In this document: one piece after another, positions 11,942 through 23,739 of the stretch
How the letters are laid out: the number at the start of each line of letters is the position of its first letter
Numbering within the stretch: position 1 is the first letter of the stretch
From: Eledone cirrhosa
Taxonomy: Eukaryota
Direction: 5' to 3'
Assembly (NCBI GenBank): GCA_964016885.1
Contig: OZ024740.1
Coordinates: forward strand, 88,784,001 to 88,848,000
Length of the DNA stretch: 64,000 bases
Position numbers and translations under genes: made by a program
Notes under the pieces: generated by a model
What the model was told of the DNA's origin: nothing
Database searches by the model: none
Seen by the model: the letters and a program-made list of their open reading frames with translations, nothing else

Positions 11942-13723
11942 ATGACTGCAGATGTTAAAGCCTCCACCACCACCACCACCGCGACAACCACGACCCCCAC
12001 CACCACCGCGACAACAGAAACAAAAGAAGAAAAAAATAAATTAACTCGTGATGTCGAAATGAAATCTGACGTCACCACCACCACAACTGAAACTAAAATT
12101 AATATTAACGATAGCAACAACAACAACAATGACATTATAAAACCGACCCTCAGTTTCGCCATCGTAGCAAAACAATTCGAAGCGTTCACGGTAACTCAAG
12201 AAGATTTAGAAAATGCCAAACAAATGGTAAAGAAAGATGGGTACAGGGTCAGCCTCACCCCCCGCCTAATAAAATGGAGCATCGGCGCCTGTGCACCGTG
12301 TCGTATAGAACAATAAATGTAAAATCGCGCCGAGTGGAACGGGCATCCGAGTCCCAAATCCAAAAAGCTTTGGGACATATGTGGGCAAGAAAAACCCACA
12401 TCAGACGTGAGCAAAAGTATGGAACCGTGGATGTGTTCTTTGAAACACCACAGGAGGCTAGAGAACACTCCATGGCCCCATTAAGAAGTGACGACTTCAC
12501 ACTCGTTCCAAGCTATTGTGGCCAGAGACTCGTAAAGATCAGGGTGACCCACGTTCCACCGGCCATCGAAATTCCCTGGCTAATAGCGGCTGTCCTCACC
12601 GGCATCGAAGCCAACACGAAAATAATAGCAGTAGCAAAAGAAAAGCAGGAAAACTGGTCCGGATCTGGGATGGAGCTCCTGATCCAAGCGGACCAAAAAA
12701 GCATTGAGGAGATCCCAGAGGTAATAGACCTCACTGACGGCAGCCACCTCACGGTAATTGTCGAGGGCAGAAGACCTAGGTGTGTCGTTTGTGGTGAAGG
12801 AACCCACCTAAGGGCTTTCTGCCCTCAGGCTAAAAGGTTGAGGCCACCTCTCCTACCCACCCCAGTGACACAACCATCAACACCACCAGTAGCAGAGATG
12901 GCAGCAACAACTGTAGCAGCAACAACAGAAGCAACTATAACAGCAACAACCCCAGCAACAGTAGCAAAACCAACACCACTACCACCACCAGCAAAACCAA
13001 CACCACCACCACCCAACGCTTCAGAACTAGCACCAGCGCCTACACCATCCACCACACCACAACCAAAACTAACGGCTGTGGAGGATTTTCCACTCCCCGG
13101 CCTATCACAACTGGAGACAGATTGTGACGACGAGGAGTGGGAAACGATATCCGGAAAAAAAAAAAGAAACCAAAAAAGAAAAAAATTCTCTTCCTTCCCC
13201 CTCCAAAAACAAAATACAGAGGGAAACAAATAAACTAAGAAACAAAAAAGTTAGGACAGATATGCCACCATCCACACCAGCATCACCAACCCCATCAACC
13301 CAAACACCAACACCATCACCATCATTAACTCCAACACCACCATCACCTACACCACAAAAGTCACCAAAATGCGAAACAGAAACAAACCCACAACAAACGC
13401 AGACAAAACAAAACAACCAAAACGATACACACTACACAGCATTAAATTTGAACAACAAGCAATTATTACACTACATCCAACACAACACCAGCATCACAGA
13501 AAAAGACTACACAACAACCCCAAAATTCACACCACCTCCACACATACAAATCACTCGCATCACACAGAAAACGTACATGACACTAAAACAAAAATTCCCC
13601 AAAGACATCGGAGACTTCCGACAAGCACTCTCCAGGAGGATTTATAAGGACATCCTTCCTGAGGAGGCCACAAGCAGTGAAAAGGATGGAAAAGCCGTCC
13701 TTCCCCTACGAGAAGTAAGGTAA
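11942..13723 (+). pseudogene. Tx1-like ORF1 (nucleic-acid-binding protein), two frameshifts
   Basis: Pieces 11906..12316, 12274..13233 and 13124..13723. CVVCGEGTHLRAFC = C-x2-C-x4-H-x4-C. Thr/Pro-rich low-complexity segments. One shift lies in or near the poly-A run at about 13155. Confidence 0.82.
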
Positions 13724-13757
13724 GTGGTCTTTCCCATCTTTTCCACTCCTTTTCAAC

Positions 13758-16700
13758 ATGACCTCACTCAGAATAGGCAGCATAAATGCGCGTGGCTTGG
13801 GGTCGTCATGGAAGCAGGGCCACCTGCTCAACGACCTCAGGTCACTAAACATAGATGTAGTGGCCATCAGCGAGACCAGAATCTCCGAAGCACAGGCTTT
13901 CGCACCGATCTTCGGCGGCTACGATGTGTACGCATCTCCCAGCCGTCCGGGATCGGGGGGAGGAGTTGCTGTGCTTTTTCGGAGAGGTTTGGATCTTGCC
14001 ATACGGGCCATCTTCCTGGACCCAGAAGGTAAGTTGGTGGTGCTGGACGTGACCAGCGGAGACGGGCAAGCTTTCAGGTTAGTGGCCGTCTATGCCCCGA
14101 CAGGAGCAGGGCGGCCTAATTTCTTCCGGCGTCTGGAGACCTTTCTTGGAACGTCCCGCTCTTTAGTGTTAGTGGGCGACTGGAACGGGATCTTAGATGC
14201 ACGCTGGGATTGTGTGGGATTAGTGGATAGGGAAGGAGGGTGCAAGAGTCTCACCAACCCGCTCAGACGTTTTGAACTGTCTGACAGGTACCGAATGGAT
14301 TTCCCGAATGTACCAATGTGGACTTGGACAAATCGCATAGGGTCATCCAGATCATATCTAGATAGAGTATTTTGTAGGGAAATAGATAGATCTAGCATAG
14401 GCTGTCCACAATTCAAGATAGTCAGCTACACGGACCACAAATTCGTGATCTGTGTGCTTGACTTAGGCTTCATAGACGAGGACCCGGCTACTGGAAGCTA
14501 AACGCGTCCTTACCAGCGCGCAAGGCCTACAGAGACCGGATTAGCGAGCTAGTTAAGCGGGCGTTGACGGGGGCCATCGTCAACAACAAGTGGTGGTTTG
14601 CTCTGAAAAGAGCAATTAGAATAGAGTCCATTAGGTTTAGTAAGACTTTAGCAATAGAGAAAAATAGAGCAGAGGGAGAATTAGTTAGAAAATTAGATGA
14701 GGCGCTTAGCAAAGGCATCGCGACCGACGTACTTGCGGCGAAATGACCCTTGACCAATTCTTCAATGCAAAGCACGAAGGCTGCGTTGTCAGAGCTAGGG
14801 TGCGTCCTCTCAGACACGAGGGGACGAAAGCCGTTCAATGGGCCCGAGTGGCGGAGGCGCGTCGTGGCAACAAAGCCACGATCCGGTCTTTGGTGGACCA
14901 CGACGGGCGCATGCTACTCGATCCTGGGCAAATGTGTGAAGCTTTTCAGCGACACTTCGCTCAACTGTTCGGGGGCAGTGGCGGGCCGGATCGAGGGATG
15001 GACTTTAGTGTCTACCTCGACGGACTGCCGCGGCTTTCGGCCACTGAGGCGGAGTGTTGCGAAAAGCCGATAACAACCGCTGAAGTACGGGATGCAATGA
15101 CTAGTTGCACAAGGGCTAAATCGCCTGGTTTGGATGGTCTGCCCTATGAACTTTACGTACAAATGCCAAACTTGTTCGGAGCCCTCTTGGCGGACGTCTA
15201 CTGCAACTGGCAACAGAACGGGAGAATTCCCAGCTCTGTGAGCCGAGGAGCGGTGGCGCTGCTGAGAAAGGATCCGAACAAGGGGGATAACATAGATAAT
15301 TTTAGGCCCATAACTCTGCTAAACACAGAGTTCAAGATTTTGGCCAAGGTGCTAGCAAAGAGGTTGGCGCTTGTCGTTGGTGGTCTGGTGGGAGAGGCAC
15401 AGACATGCGCCATTCCCGACAGATCCATCCACGACAACCTCCACCTCATGCGATACATCGTAGAGAGGGTAGCTAGGGAACCTGGCACGGGTGGGTCTTT
15501 GATCAATTTAGATCAGTCGAAAGCCTTCGATAGGGTCGACCATCGTTACCTAGCGGCAGTCCTGAGGGCGGCTGGCTTTGGGCCCGTCTTCAGAGGCTGG
15601 ATCGCTGCCATGCACAGCGACATCTGCTCTGTAGTGAGAGTGAACGGTCATCTTTCGGAACCGTTCAACATCATGCGCTCGGTCCGCCAAGGATGTCCCC
15701 TCTAGTCCCTATTGTACGTATTGTCTCTCGAGCCATTACTGCACAAACTGGAGACGTTGAGGGGGGTCCCGCGCGAACTAGGATGCGGAAGATCCGTGTC
15801 AGCATATGCCGACGATGTCACCGTAGTGGTGTCGAACGCCAAACACATCGAGGCGATCGGCACTACACTAAGAGAATACGAAGCGGTGACAGGAGCAATG
15901 ATCAACCAAGAAAAGTCAGTGGGCCTGCAGCTTGGCACCTGGAGAGGCAGGTCCATGCCGTCCAACAGCGTCGTCGGACGCTGGACAGACGGACCGGTTA
16001 AATTGCTAGGGGTCTGGTTGGGTCCGGACCTCCAGACGGACAAAAACTGGGACGAGGTGACGAGCAGGGTGGCTTCTCTCACCCAGAAATGGGCGGAGAG
16101 GAAGCTATCCCTGAAATGTCGAGCGGAGGTGGCTAACGCGTACATCGCGTCTGTCATCTGCTACCGCCTGACCGTCGTACCTTGTCCTAATCCTCGCCTG
16201 ACTGCGCTGGAGCGTTTAATCTTTCGGTTTTTGTGGAAGGGACGCGCTCCGATGGTCAGGCGGTCCATCTGTTGTCAACACCCGCTACGTGGAGGGCTGG
16301 GCATGCCGTGGCTGATAATGCGCAGGCACGCGCTCAGGCTACAACATCTCCACCTTTTCCTCGACGGTGATCAGGTGTGGTCGCCGTTTGCTAGACACGT
16401 ATTTCCCCAGCTCGTTTCCTTGACGGAGCTGCAGTCCTGGGTCAAGCGAAGACCGAGAGGGAGCGCCTGGAGACTGGAATGTCTTCAGGCGCTCACAGCC
16501 CTTGACCAATCGGGCAATGTGATCGGTGGAAACTCCACCTCGGCGTTCTATAGAGGATTAGTGGAGGGGAAGAGCGACGACGTACTTGGAGAAACTCTAG
16601 GCGTCGACGAAAATCAACTAGCCAATCTCTTCGGAAGAACTTTCGGGCCAGGGCCTATGTACAACTTCCAGAAATCTCTGGCCTGGCAGTGCTACCGAGG

Positions 16701-17172
16701 AATCTTGCCAGTTCGGGATAAACTCTACAGGCATGGAGGTGCCGTCAGCCGGGCATGTCCGAGATGCGCGCAGGGCGACGAAACCGTCCTGCACGCACTC
16801 GTCCAGTGTCCGAAAATTGCTGACTTGTGCGTTTATGTCGAACACCTGCTGTCGCGTGTAGGACGGATCCGGCTATCATCTGAGTCCATCGTGAGGATTG
16901 CCCCGCCCTCCTCATTTAGCTGGGAAGGGCAGGCAGTTTTTATCTGTCTGGTGGCCATGGCGAAAGAGATAGTATGGTGGACACGTTTGAAAGGTTTGAA
17001 GACGAGCACTTACCTCTTCGGTGATGCCCTGATTGACTTTTTCAAATTTCATTTGAAAAGGAAAATCAGAGTAGAGAGGGAAGTACTCTCTTCCCAGCAT
17101 TTTGTTGAAAGATGGGTGAAAGAAGCAAGAATGGCCCGATTGAATGGGCCTACTCTGAGTATATATCTGTAA
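13758..17172 (+). pseudogene. Tx1-like ORF2: AP endonuclease, reverse transcriptase, zinc finger (two frameshifts, one stop)
   Basis: APE motifs SINARGL, DVVAISET, VYAP, GDWN, LDRVF, TDH, then GPGYWKLN in the shifted frame. RT motifs SPGLDGLP, FRPITLLN, LDQSKAFDRVDH, VRQGCPL*P, YADD. CPRCAQGDETVLHALVQC. Confidence 0.93.
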
Positions 17173-17421
17173 ATTAAAGGTGGAAAATTGGGAGAGGGCA
17201 CTTGCCTTGGTGGTCAAGGTCACTGTGGCCTTTTACTGGGCTTTCTCCACAAATGTCCCTCCAAAGTCTCCCCCCTATTGGGGAATATTTCATTGTTATT
17301 TTTTTGTTACATCCTCTGTTTTTGTTTTTTACACGCAGAAATGCCCATTTGTACCGTACTGTATTGTCCTGCACTGTCCTTAATGTTTACTTCATGTAAA
17401 CCCTTGTGGTTAATAAAGAAA

Positions 17422-17423
<2 letters not shown>

Positions 17424-17480
<57 letters not shown>

Positions 17481-17500
17481 GTTATTATTATTATCATTAT
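17424..17500 (+). repeat. (ATT)n microsatellite, right flank of the Tx1
   Basis: Direct reading. Confidence 0.97.
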
Positions 17501-18124
17501 GATATTGATATTACTTAAAATAATGATGACAACGTGGTGATTGTCGATAACAATCGCCAAAACGATAATGACAACGATAAGGATTTCGACTAAAAGAAAA
17601 TAGGAAAAATAAACAAATTGGCAATATATACATAAAGGAAAAACAAATCAAAATCTTACTTGAAAGAAAAATATTTTTCTGTATCGCAGCCATGTTTGTT
17701 CCATCTGTAAATAATTTTCAGTGTTTAGCAAAAATCTACGTTAAAATAACTAGATGCGAAAGTAAAATATATTAGCTAACCCTCAAGCAATGATAGTAAC
17801 ATGTTGAGACATGATTCGCCTCGTAAGTCACATCGTATTTGATCACTGTGGAGAGACATGAAATTCAATTATCTTGCTAGAACAGTACGTCGGCTGATTC
17901 ATGAGAGAACAGTAGTTTTTCTTCATCAAAGATTTCTAAGTTTTGCCCAAAGCTCTCTCCCTGATTTTCACATTATATATAGAATAATATCTAAGAGATA
18001 CTCTACAACTGGAAACTACGGGCAGCATGCCAAACACATTTTTTCAATAAGGAAGTATTACAATTTATCATCATTTTAGCTAATCTATAACGATAGCCAA
18101 GAAAACATAATTGAAGTCACAGTT

Positions 18125-18250
18125 TTCTTCTTCTTCTTCTTCTTCTTCTTCTTCTTCTTCTTCTTCTTCTTCTTCTTCTTCTTCTTCTTCTTCTTCTTCT
18201 TCTTCTTCTTCTTCTTCTTCTTCTTCTTCTTCTTCTTCTTCTTCTTCTTC
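18125..18250 (+). repeat. (TTC)n microsatellite
   Basis: Direct reading. Confidence 0.98.
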
Positions 18251-18325
18251 GTTGTCGTCGTAGTATTTCTTATAGTTGTAGTAGGCATCAGCATCAGCAG
18301 CATTGATAGTAATAATAATAATAAT

Positions 18326-18490
18326 GTTTCTACATTTGGCACAAGGCCAGCAATTACCCAGTGATTTACTGTGCTTTATTTATCGACCGCGTAAGGATGA
18401 AAGGCAAAGCTAATCTCGGCGATATTTGAACTCAGAACGTAAAGGAGCATAACTCTATACCGCAAAGCACAGTGTCTGACGCTCTACAGA
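18326..18490 (-). mobile_element. tRNA-derived SINE (MetaSINE-like), diverged copy
   Basis: Aligns by eye to the reverse complement of 60382-60566. 3' end abuts (AAT)5. Confidence 0.8.
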
Positions 18491-18504
18491 TAATAACAAT
18501 ATTC

Positions 18505-18629
18505 GTAGTATCAGTAGGCGTAGTAGCCGTATTCATAGTAGTAGTAGTGGTACTACTAGTAGTAGTAGGAGTAGCAGCAGCAGCAGTAGAAGTAGTAGTA
18601 GTAGTAGTAGTAGTACTAGTAGTAGTAGT
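18505..18629 (+). repeat. Imperfect (GTA)n microsatellite
   Basis: Direct reading. Confidence 0.9.
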
Positions 18630-18890
18630 CAATAGACTCTCCGATGGTGTATTTAACCTGCTCAACCAAGCGAACATCTATGTACCTTGGATACATACGA
18701 TACGTTGGCTCATTTTATGCTTAAAGTATCGACTGTACTACTTTCCCAACAGTATACATATATATATATATTAGTTGACTAAAGTTATTTCATCTAAGGA
18801 ATGTAAGTTTTAAAAACAATGTATTTCTAGCTGAATTGATAAAACTATTCAGATATTTATATCAGTATGAAACATAAACACCAATGATAA

Positions 18891-19071
18891 TTGTTTCTAC
18901 TTTAGGCACAAATCCAGCAAATTAACCAGTGCATTACTGGTACTTTATTTTATCGACCCCGTAAGGAGGAAAGGCAAAGTCAACCTCGGCGGGATTTGAA
19001 CTCAGATCGTAAAGGGACGTAACTATGCTGGAAAGCATGGCGTCTGACCCTCTACCGATACTGCCAATCCA
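18891..19071 (-). mobile_element. tRNA-derived SINE (MetaSINE-like), near full length
   Basis: Near-identical to the reverse complement of 60382-60566. Confidence 0.9.
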
Positions 19072-19140
19072 GCAATAATAATAGTTACATTGAGAATGCT
19101 TTTGAAAAATTCAGACAAATACGTAAACATAATGCTAACA

Positions 19141-19245
<105 letters not shown>

Positions 19246-19289
19246 ATTTTTCATACAGATACATATATCTGAATAGCTTTCTCAATTCA

Positions 19290-20350
19290 GTTAGAAATGC
19301 ATTGTTTTTAGGGCTTACATTCCATAGATGAAATAACTTTCCTTGATACCCTTAATTCAGTTTTCTAGATGTTTGTACAAGAGACGTGATGGGAATTGAA
19401 CACTACACAGACCTACGTAAAGCTCGGTAATTCTCAAGGATATTCAGCATGACATGTTGTTTAAATTGGTTCGCTCTTAGATTCACAAATATTTCTTACT
19501 ACCAGCTTCCAAACTGCTTCCTTCTACCATGTTTATGAAGAAAACTGCCAACCCATTCAGGAATACTTCATTCATGTCCTTTAGCGAAATATATGACCAA
19601 TTGGCAACCGTTTCATTGCTTGTAGTCTGTGTAGAGATTGGTTGGCGTCAAATAAGAGCTGTGGTGGTGAAAACCTAGGTATGGCTTAAGCTTTATCTTT
19701 AATGTTCTACTTTCATATACCTTGTTCCCGATCTCTGCATACTCAAGAAATGTCACCGTCGTAGGCATATCAGATATTGAGCTGTTTTTTTTGTGTCTGA
19801 TTTTGATACGCCCTTACCTTCTCATTGATTCCTGTTTTGAGTTCTGTACTATTTTCATTGTTTCATTTACTGCATGTGTTTTCGTACCTGTTATATGATT
19901 TGTTAGTAATGCTCTCATGTTTTGTGGGAGGTTGTCCTTTGTATGTATAATCAGTTGTTTTGTTTTATTTTCAATGTTTATTACTTCTATTCTCTTGCAT
20001 GAGTTTCTCAATTTTAAGCTTCTGGAAATCTTTATTGTTTATTATAAATCTTGTAAACTTATAATTGTGTTAGTGTTTACATTTTTCACTACCACTACGC
20101 AGTTCATAGTCAGATGCAATGTTCTCGTGTGTTACATAGAGTGCTTTAAGTGTTCCAGAATTCTACCGCATCACTGTAATGTTCACTTCCCCGACTATGA
20201 TTATTAATTATGTTTTTAATGCCAAGTTGGGGATTTGAAAATTTCATTTTGGAGTAAGTCTTATGCGAGGGAATCCCGTGATTGTTTATATTCTGGGGCT
20301 TGTAAATTAATTCTTGGCTTGATTTCTTATTTTCTTATAGATTGATTTAA
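19290..20350. mobile_element. Possible highly degraded Penelope-like RT remnants
   Basis: Plus strand reads ..SFLDV..TYVKLGNSQGY (about 19345-19440). Minus strand reads ..FPRIRLTPK.. (about 20270) and a frameshifted FDA/TNLY (about 19640). Many stops, and motif spacing is imperfect. Confidence 0.3.
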
Positions 20351-20535
20351 ATATGCCCGTGGTTGATTTCTTGCTTTATATATAACATTGCTTTGTTTGA
20401 AGTTCGAATCCCATTGTTTTGTTTGACGTAAGTCTTTACGTGCTTCTTTCATTCGGTCGCCTACGTGTTAGCTTGTGTGGACATGTGCTTGTCTGGACGT
20501 TTACTTGTGTCGATGGGTTATTGTGTGCGAGTGTG

Positions 20536-20646
20536 CTTGTGTGCTTATATGGATGTGTCCTTGTGTGGATGTGAGCTTGTGTGGATGTCTGCTTGTGTGG
20601 ATGTGTCCTTGTGTGGATGTGTGCTTGTGTGGATGTCTCCTTGTGT
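20536..20646 (+). repeat. 16-bp minisatellite (CTTGTGTGGATGTGTC-like)
   Basis: About six tandem units, with degenerate units upstream. Confidence 0.88.
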
Positions 20647-20880
20647 ATCTAATTATATGTAGTTCGCTAAATATGATAAGTATCAGTAGTTCTTGCTGTG
20701 GATGTTCCGTTTTGTTTTGATCGTATTCTGCTCAGACTTGTTTGTACCCCATGGTGACTCCATCTACTTACATATTGGATATTATTTCAACAATATATTT
20801 TACGTGTAATTAAATCACATTTCTTAACGGTCCTTTCTAGAGGATCCCTTTATGACCCAATTTACAACTTATCCGGATAA

Positions 20881-20946
20881 TAGAGAGAGAGAGAAATATG
20901 CAAGATATAGCGAGAGAGAGAGGGAGATGGTGCAAGGAAGAGAGAG

Positions 20947-21038
<92 letters not shown>
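20881..21038 (+). repeat. (AG)n microsatellite region
   Basis: Direct reading. Confidence 0.95.
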
Positions 21039-21039
<1 letters not shown>

Positions 21040-23641
21040 ATGTGGAAAAGAGAGAACGAGTTGCAGAGAATTACATGACTGCCACTATGTTTATTGAGCT
21101 CTGAATGGCAATAAAGAAGTCGATGGCGATGGAATCAGATCACATATAACAAGGAGCTTAACAAATTAACGGAAACATTAAATACACTTTGCAGAGTAAA
21201 ATATTCTCTCAATGTTCTACAATGGTTTGTCTCTTCCCTTGCAACTTCAGTGTGCCATTTTCCCATAAATTGCTAGATGTTCACCACTATTTCTATGTAA
21301 CACTACTTCGTGTACTACAGTTTTGCTAAGTACTGCTTTTCAATAACTCAATATTTTTCGAAACTATTCTTTCCTTTATCATTATATTGCAATGTCGAAT
21401 ATTAATCGAAATAAAATCTTTCCGCTCCATAATCTATGAGCATCTGGGCGCAATGCCTATTATTTTCAGACTAACAATAATAAAATACATTGCATTAAAA
21501 TCTCTGTCATTTTGATGAGAAAATCTTATTGTACATGTAATCTCTTATTCACGTTCATGTTTTATAGTATTTTGCAGTTTCAATAAAAAAAAAAGTTCTC
21601 ATAAAATTATCTAGCACTAATTAATTTCACATCATTATTATAGTGACTGAAATGAATTTTTAATGCTTGCAAATCCCGATTTTTTGCAAATTGGGATTTC
21701 TTGTTTATACAGAAATTTCATAAAACCTAAAATATATTTGGCAGCAGAATACACCGAACTGTCAATATCTTGCTATATTTTTTATTACGGCGCTTCTCTA
21801 ATAAACAGTTATTTAATATCCGTTTGCGAGATATATAATATGATACAATCCTCCTAATATATATCAACAATATTTATGTAACTCAAATAGATAAGTCGTG
21901 GTTTCTCTTTCCGAACGCGATAAACTAATATGTACAGTTCAATATTGAAACAAATTGTAAAGCAATAAATTATCTCCAATAACTGTTATCTTGTCACGCT
22001 GTAGTCGAGTACAAAAATAAAAGGTTTAAACTATATATTTACCTGCACTATTTGTAACTTCATATAAGTGCGGGACAAACATCCGTGAAAAAATGTTGTA
22101 CTAGAAACATTGAATAAATTATCCAGAATATACGCATGAACATGTATAATAAAGATGTTTCTCCCGATGAGACACAACTACTTTGACATGAAGTGGAACA
22201 CAAAATGATTCAACAATTTAAACATTATTTGAAAGTTCAATACATAACTATGCAATCATTTCAAAATAGATATCTGGTGACTAATTTGAGGCAACATAAA
22301 ACTCCTAAGCTGTTGAACGAGCATGTATTTGAAAGAGCAGTGATTGGTAAATATAGTTGACACTAGAAAATGTATCAGTAATAGTCACAAACATTATCAT
22401 CGATGTCTTCCTTTCATAATATTATGTAGCGTTGAGTTTTATATTTAGAACAAATACTATAGTAGCTGACGTCTCTTCGGGTAGCAATTAGCAATTTTAT
22501 ACTTAAAAACAAATTTGCAGAAACTGACATTAAGATAGTGAAACGGAAATTAAACGAGACTGAAAATAGAGCAGAGGAGAGGAAGAAAAGGAAACACAGA
22601 AACAAAACAACACAATAAACAAGGAAATGTTTCAATTACTATTTGAATACTTTTACTATCATCAACATGACAATTGAATGAAAATAGATTTGGTTATCGC
22701 TCTTCGAAGCTTCCTAAATGGGCTTAATCGCACAATTAAACGCATGAAGATTTCTAAATTGCGCATCAAAATCGCGTCTCAAAATGAATATTAAAGAATA
22801 ATTGAATTCAAATAAGGATTTTCTTCTAAATCCTCTAATAACTAATGAATCTTAATTGTTCTGTTTAATGAATGTTGCAAGGAGTTTCTAAATTAATCTA
22901 TACAATAAATATTCATTGTTGAGTAATTTGAGCAACAAATTGCTTTTGGTTAGAAATATAAATTTAAATACACGAATGGTATATAATTTTCCAAAATTGT
23001 TAAATTCAAACGGAGATTAATTCAAACGTAGTTTTAAGAGTTATAAATTTCGTTCATAAATTTAGAAAGCTTGCTTCAATTAAAACCAACCTTTCATTTT
23101 CATTGTTCTATAAACGTAACTAGGCTCATTAAACATATCCTTTTGTTTCATTCGAAATATTTAATAATCATTCATCGTTTATGTATTGTGTTGAAGAAGT
23201 CTCAACCGCATTCAAGCAAAGTCTTAAACTGGGATAATCATCATTCCAATCTCCCCACAACTGGTCTAATGAATGACGACGCAATACCTGGAATACATTA
23301 AAATCATTACACATGTGGAATGTTGTTCAAATAAATTCAGAATTATTCTCCCTTATTAGTCAATTGTAATATTAATATAGCATGATTGAGTAGTACAATT
23401 GTTTTAACAAAATTAATAGTTATTATATTATATGAGATATTCAGTAAGCAATCTCTTAATAAGCTGACAGGGGCCTAATTCTTCAACTAATAACACCATA
23501 GTTTGAGTCAAATTGCAAGTGCACAAGAGAAATTGTAGGTCCAGATATATTTCGATTGGAAATGAAGATGAAGGGTCGGTAGATGAAGGTTTGCCCTAAG
23601 ATTCAAAGTAACAAATTAAAAAACTATTAATATTTATGTAT

Positions 23642-23736
<95 letters not shown>

Positions 23737-23739
<3 letters not shown>

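Larger units (their letters stand above)
11561..17423 (+). mobile_element. Full-length Tx1-like (L1 clade) non-LTR retrotransposon inserted in (ATT)n
   Basis: 5' UTR, ORF1 with a gag-type CCHC knuckle, ORF2 with APE + RT + C-terminal CCHC, and a 3' UTR with AATAAA. (ATT)n lies directly on both sides. Confidence 0.92.
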
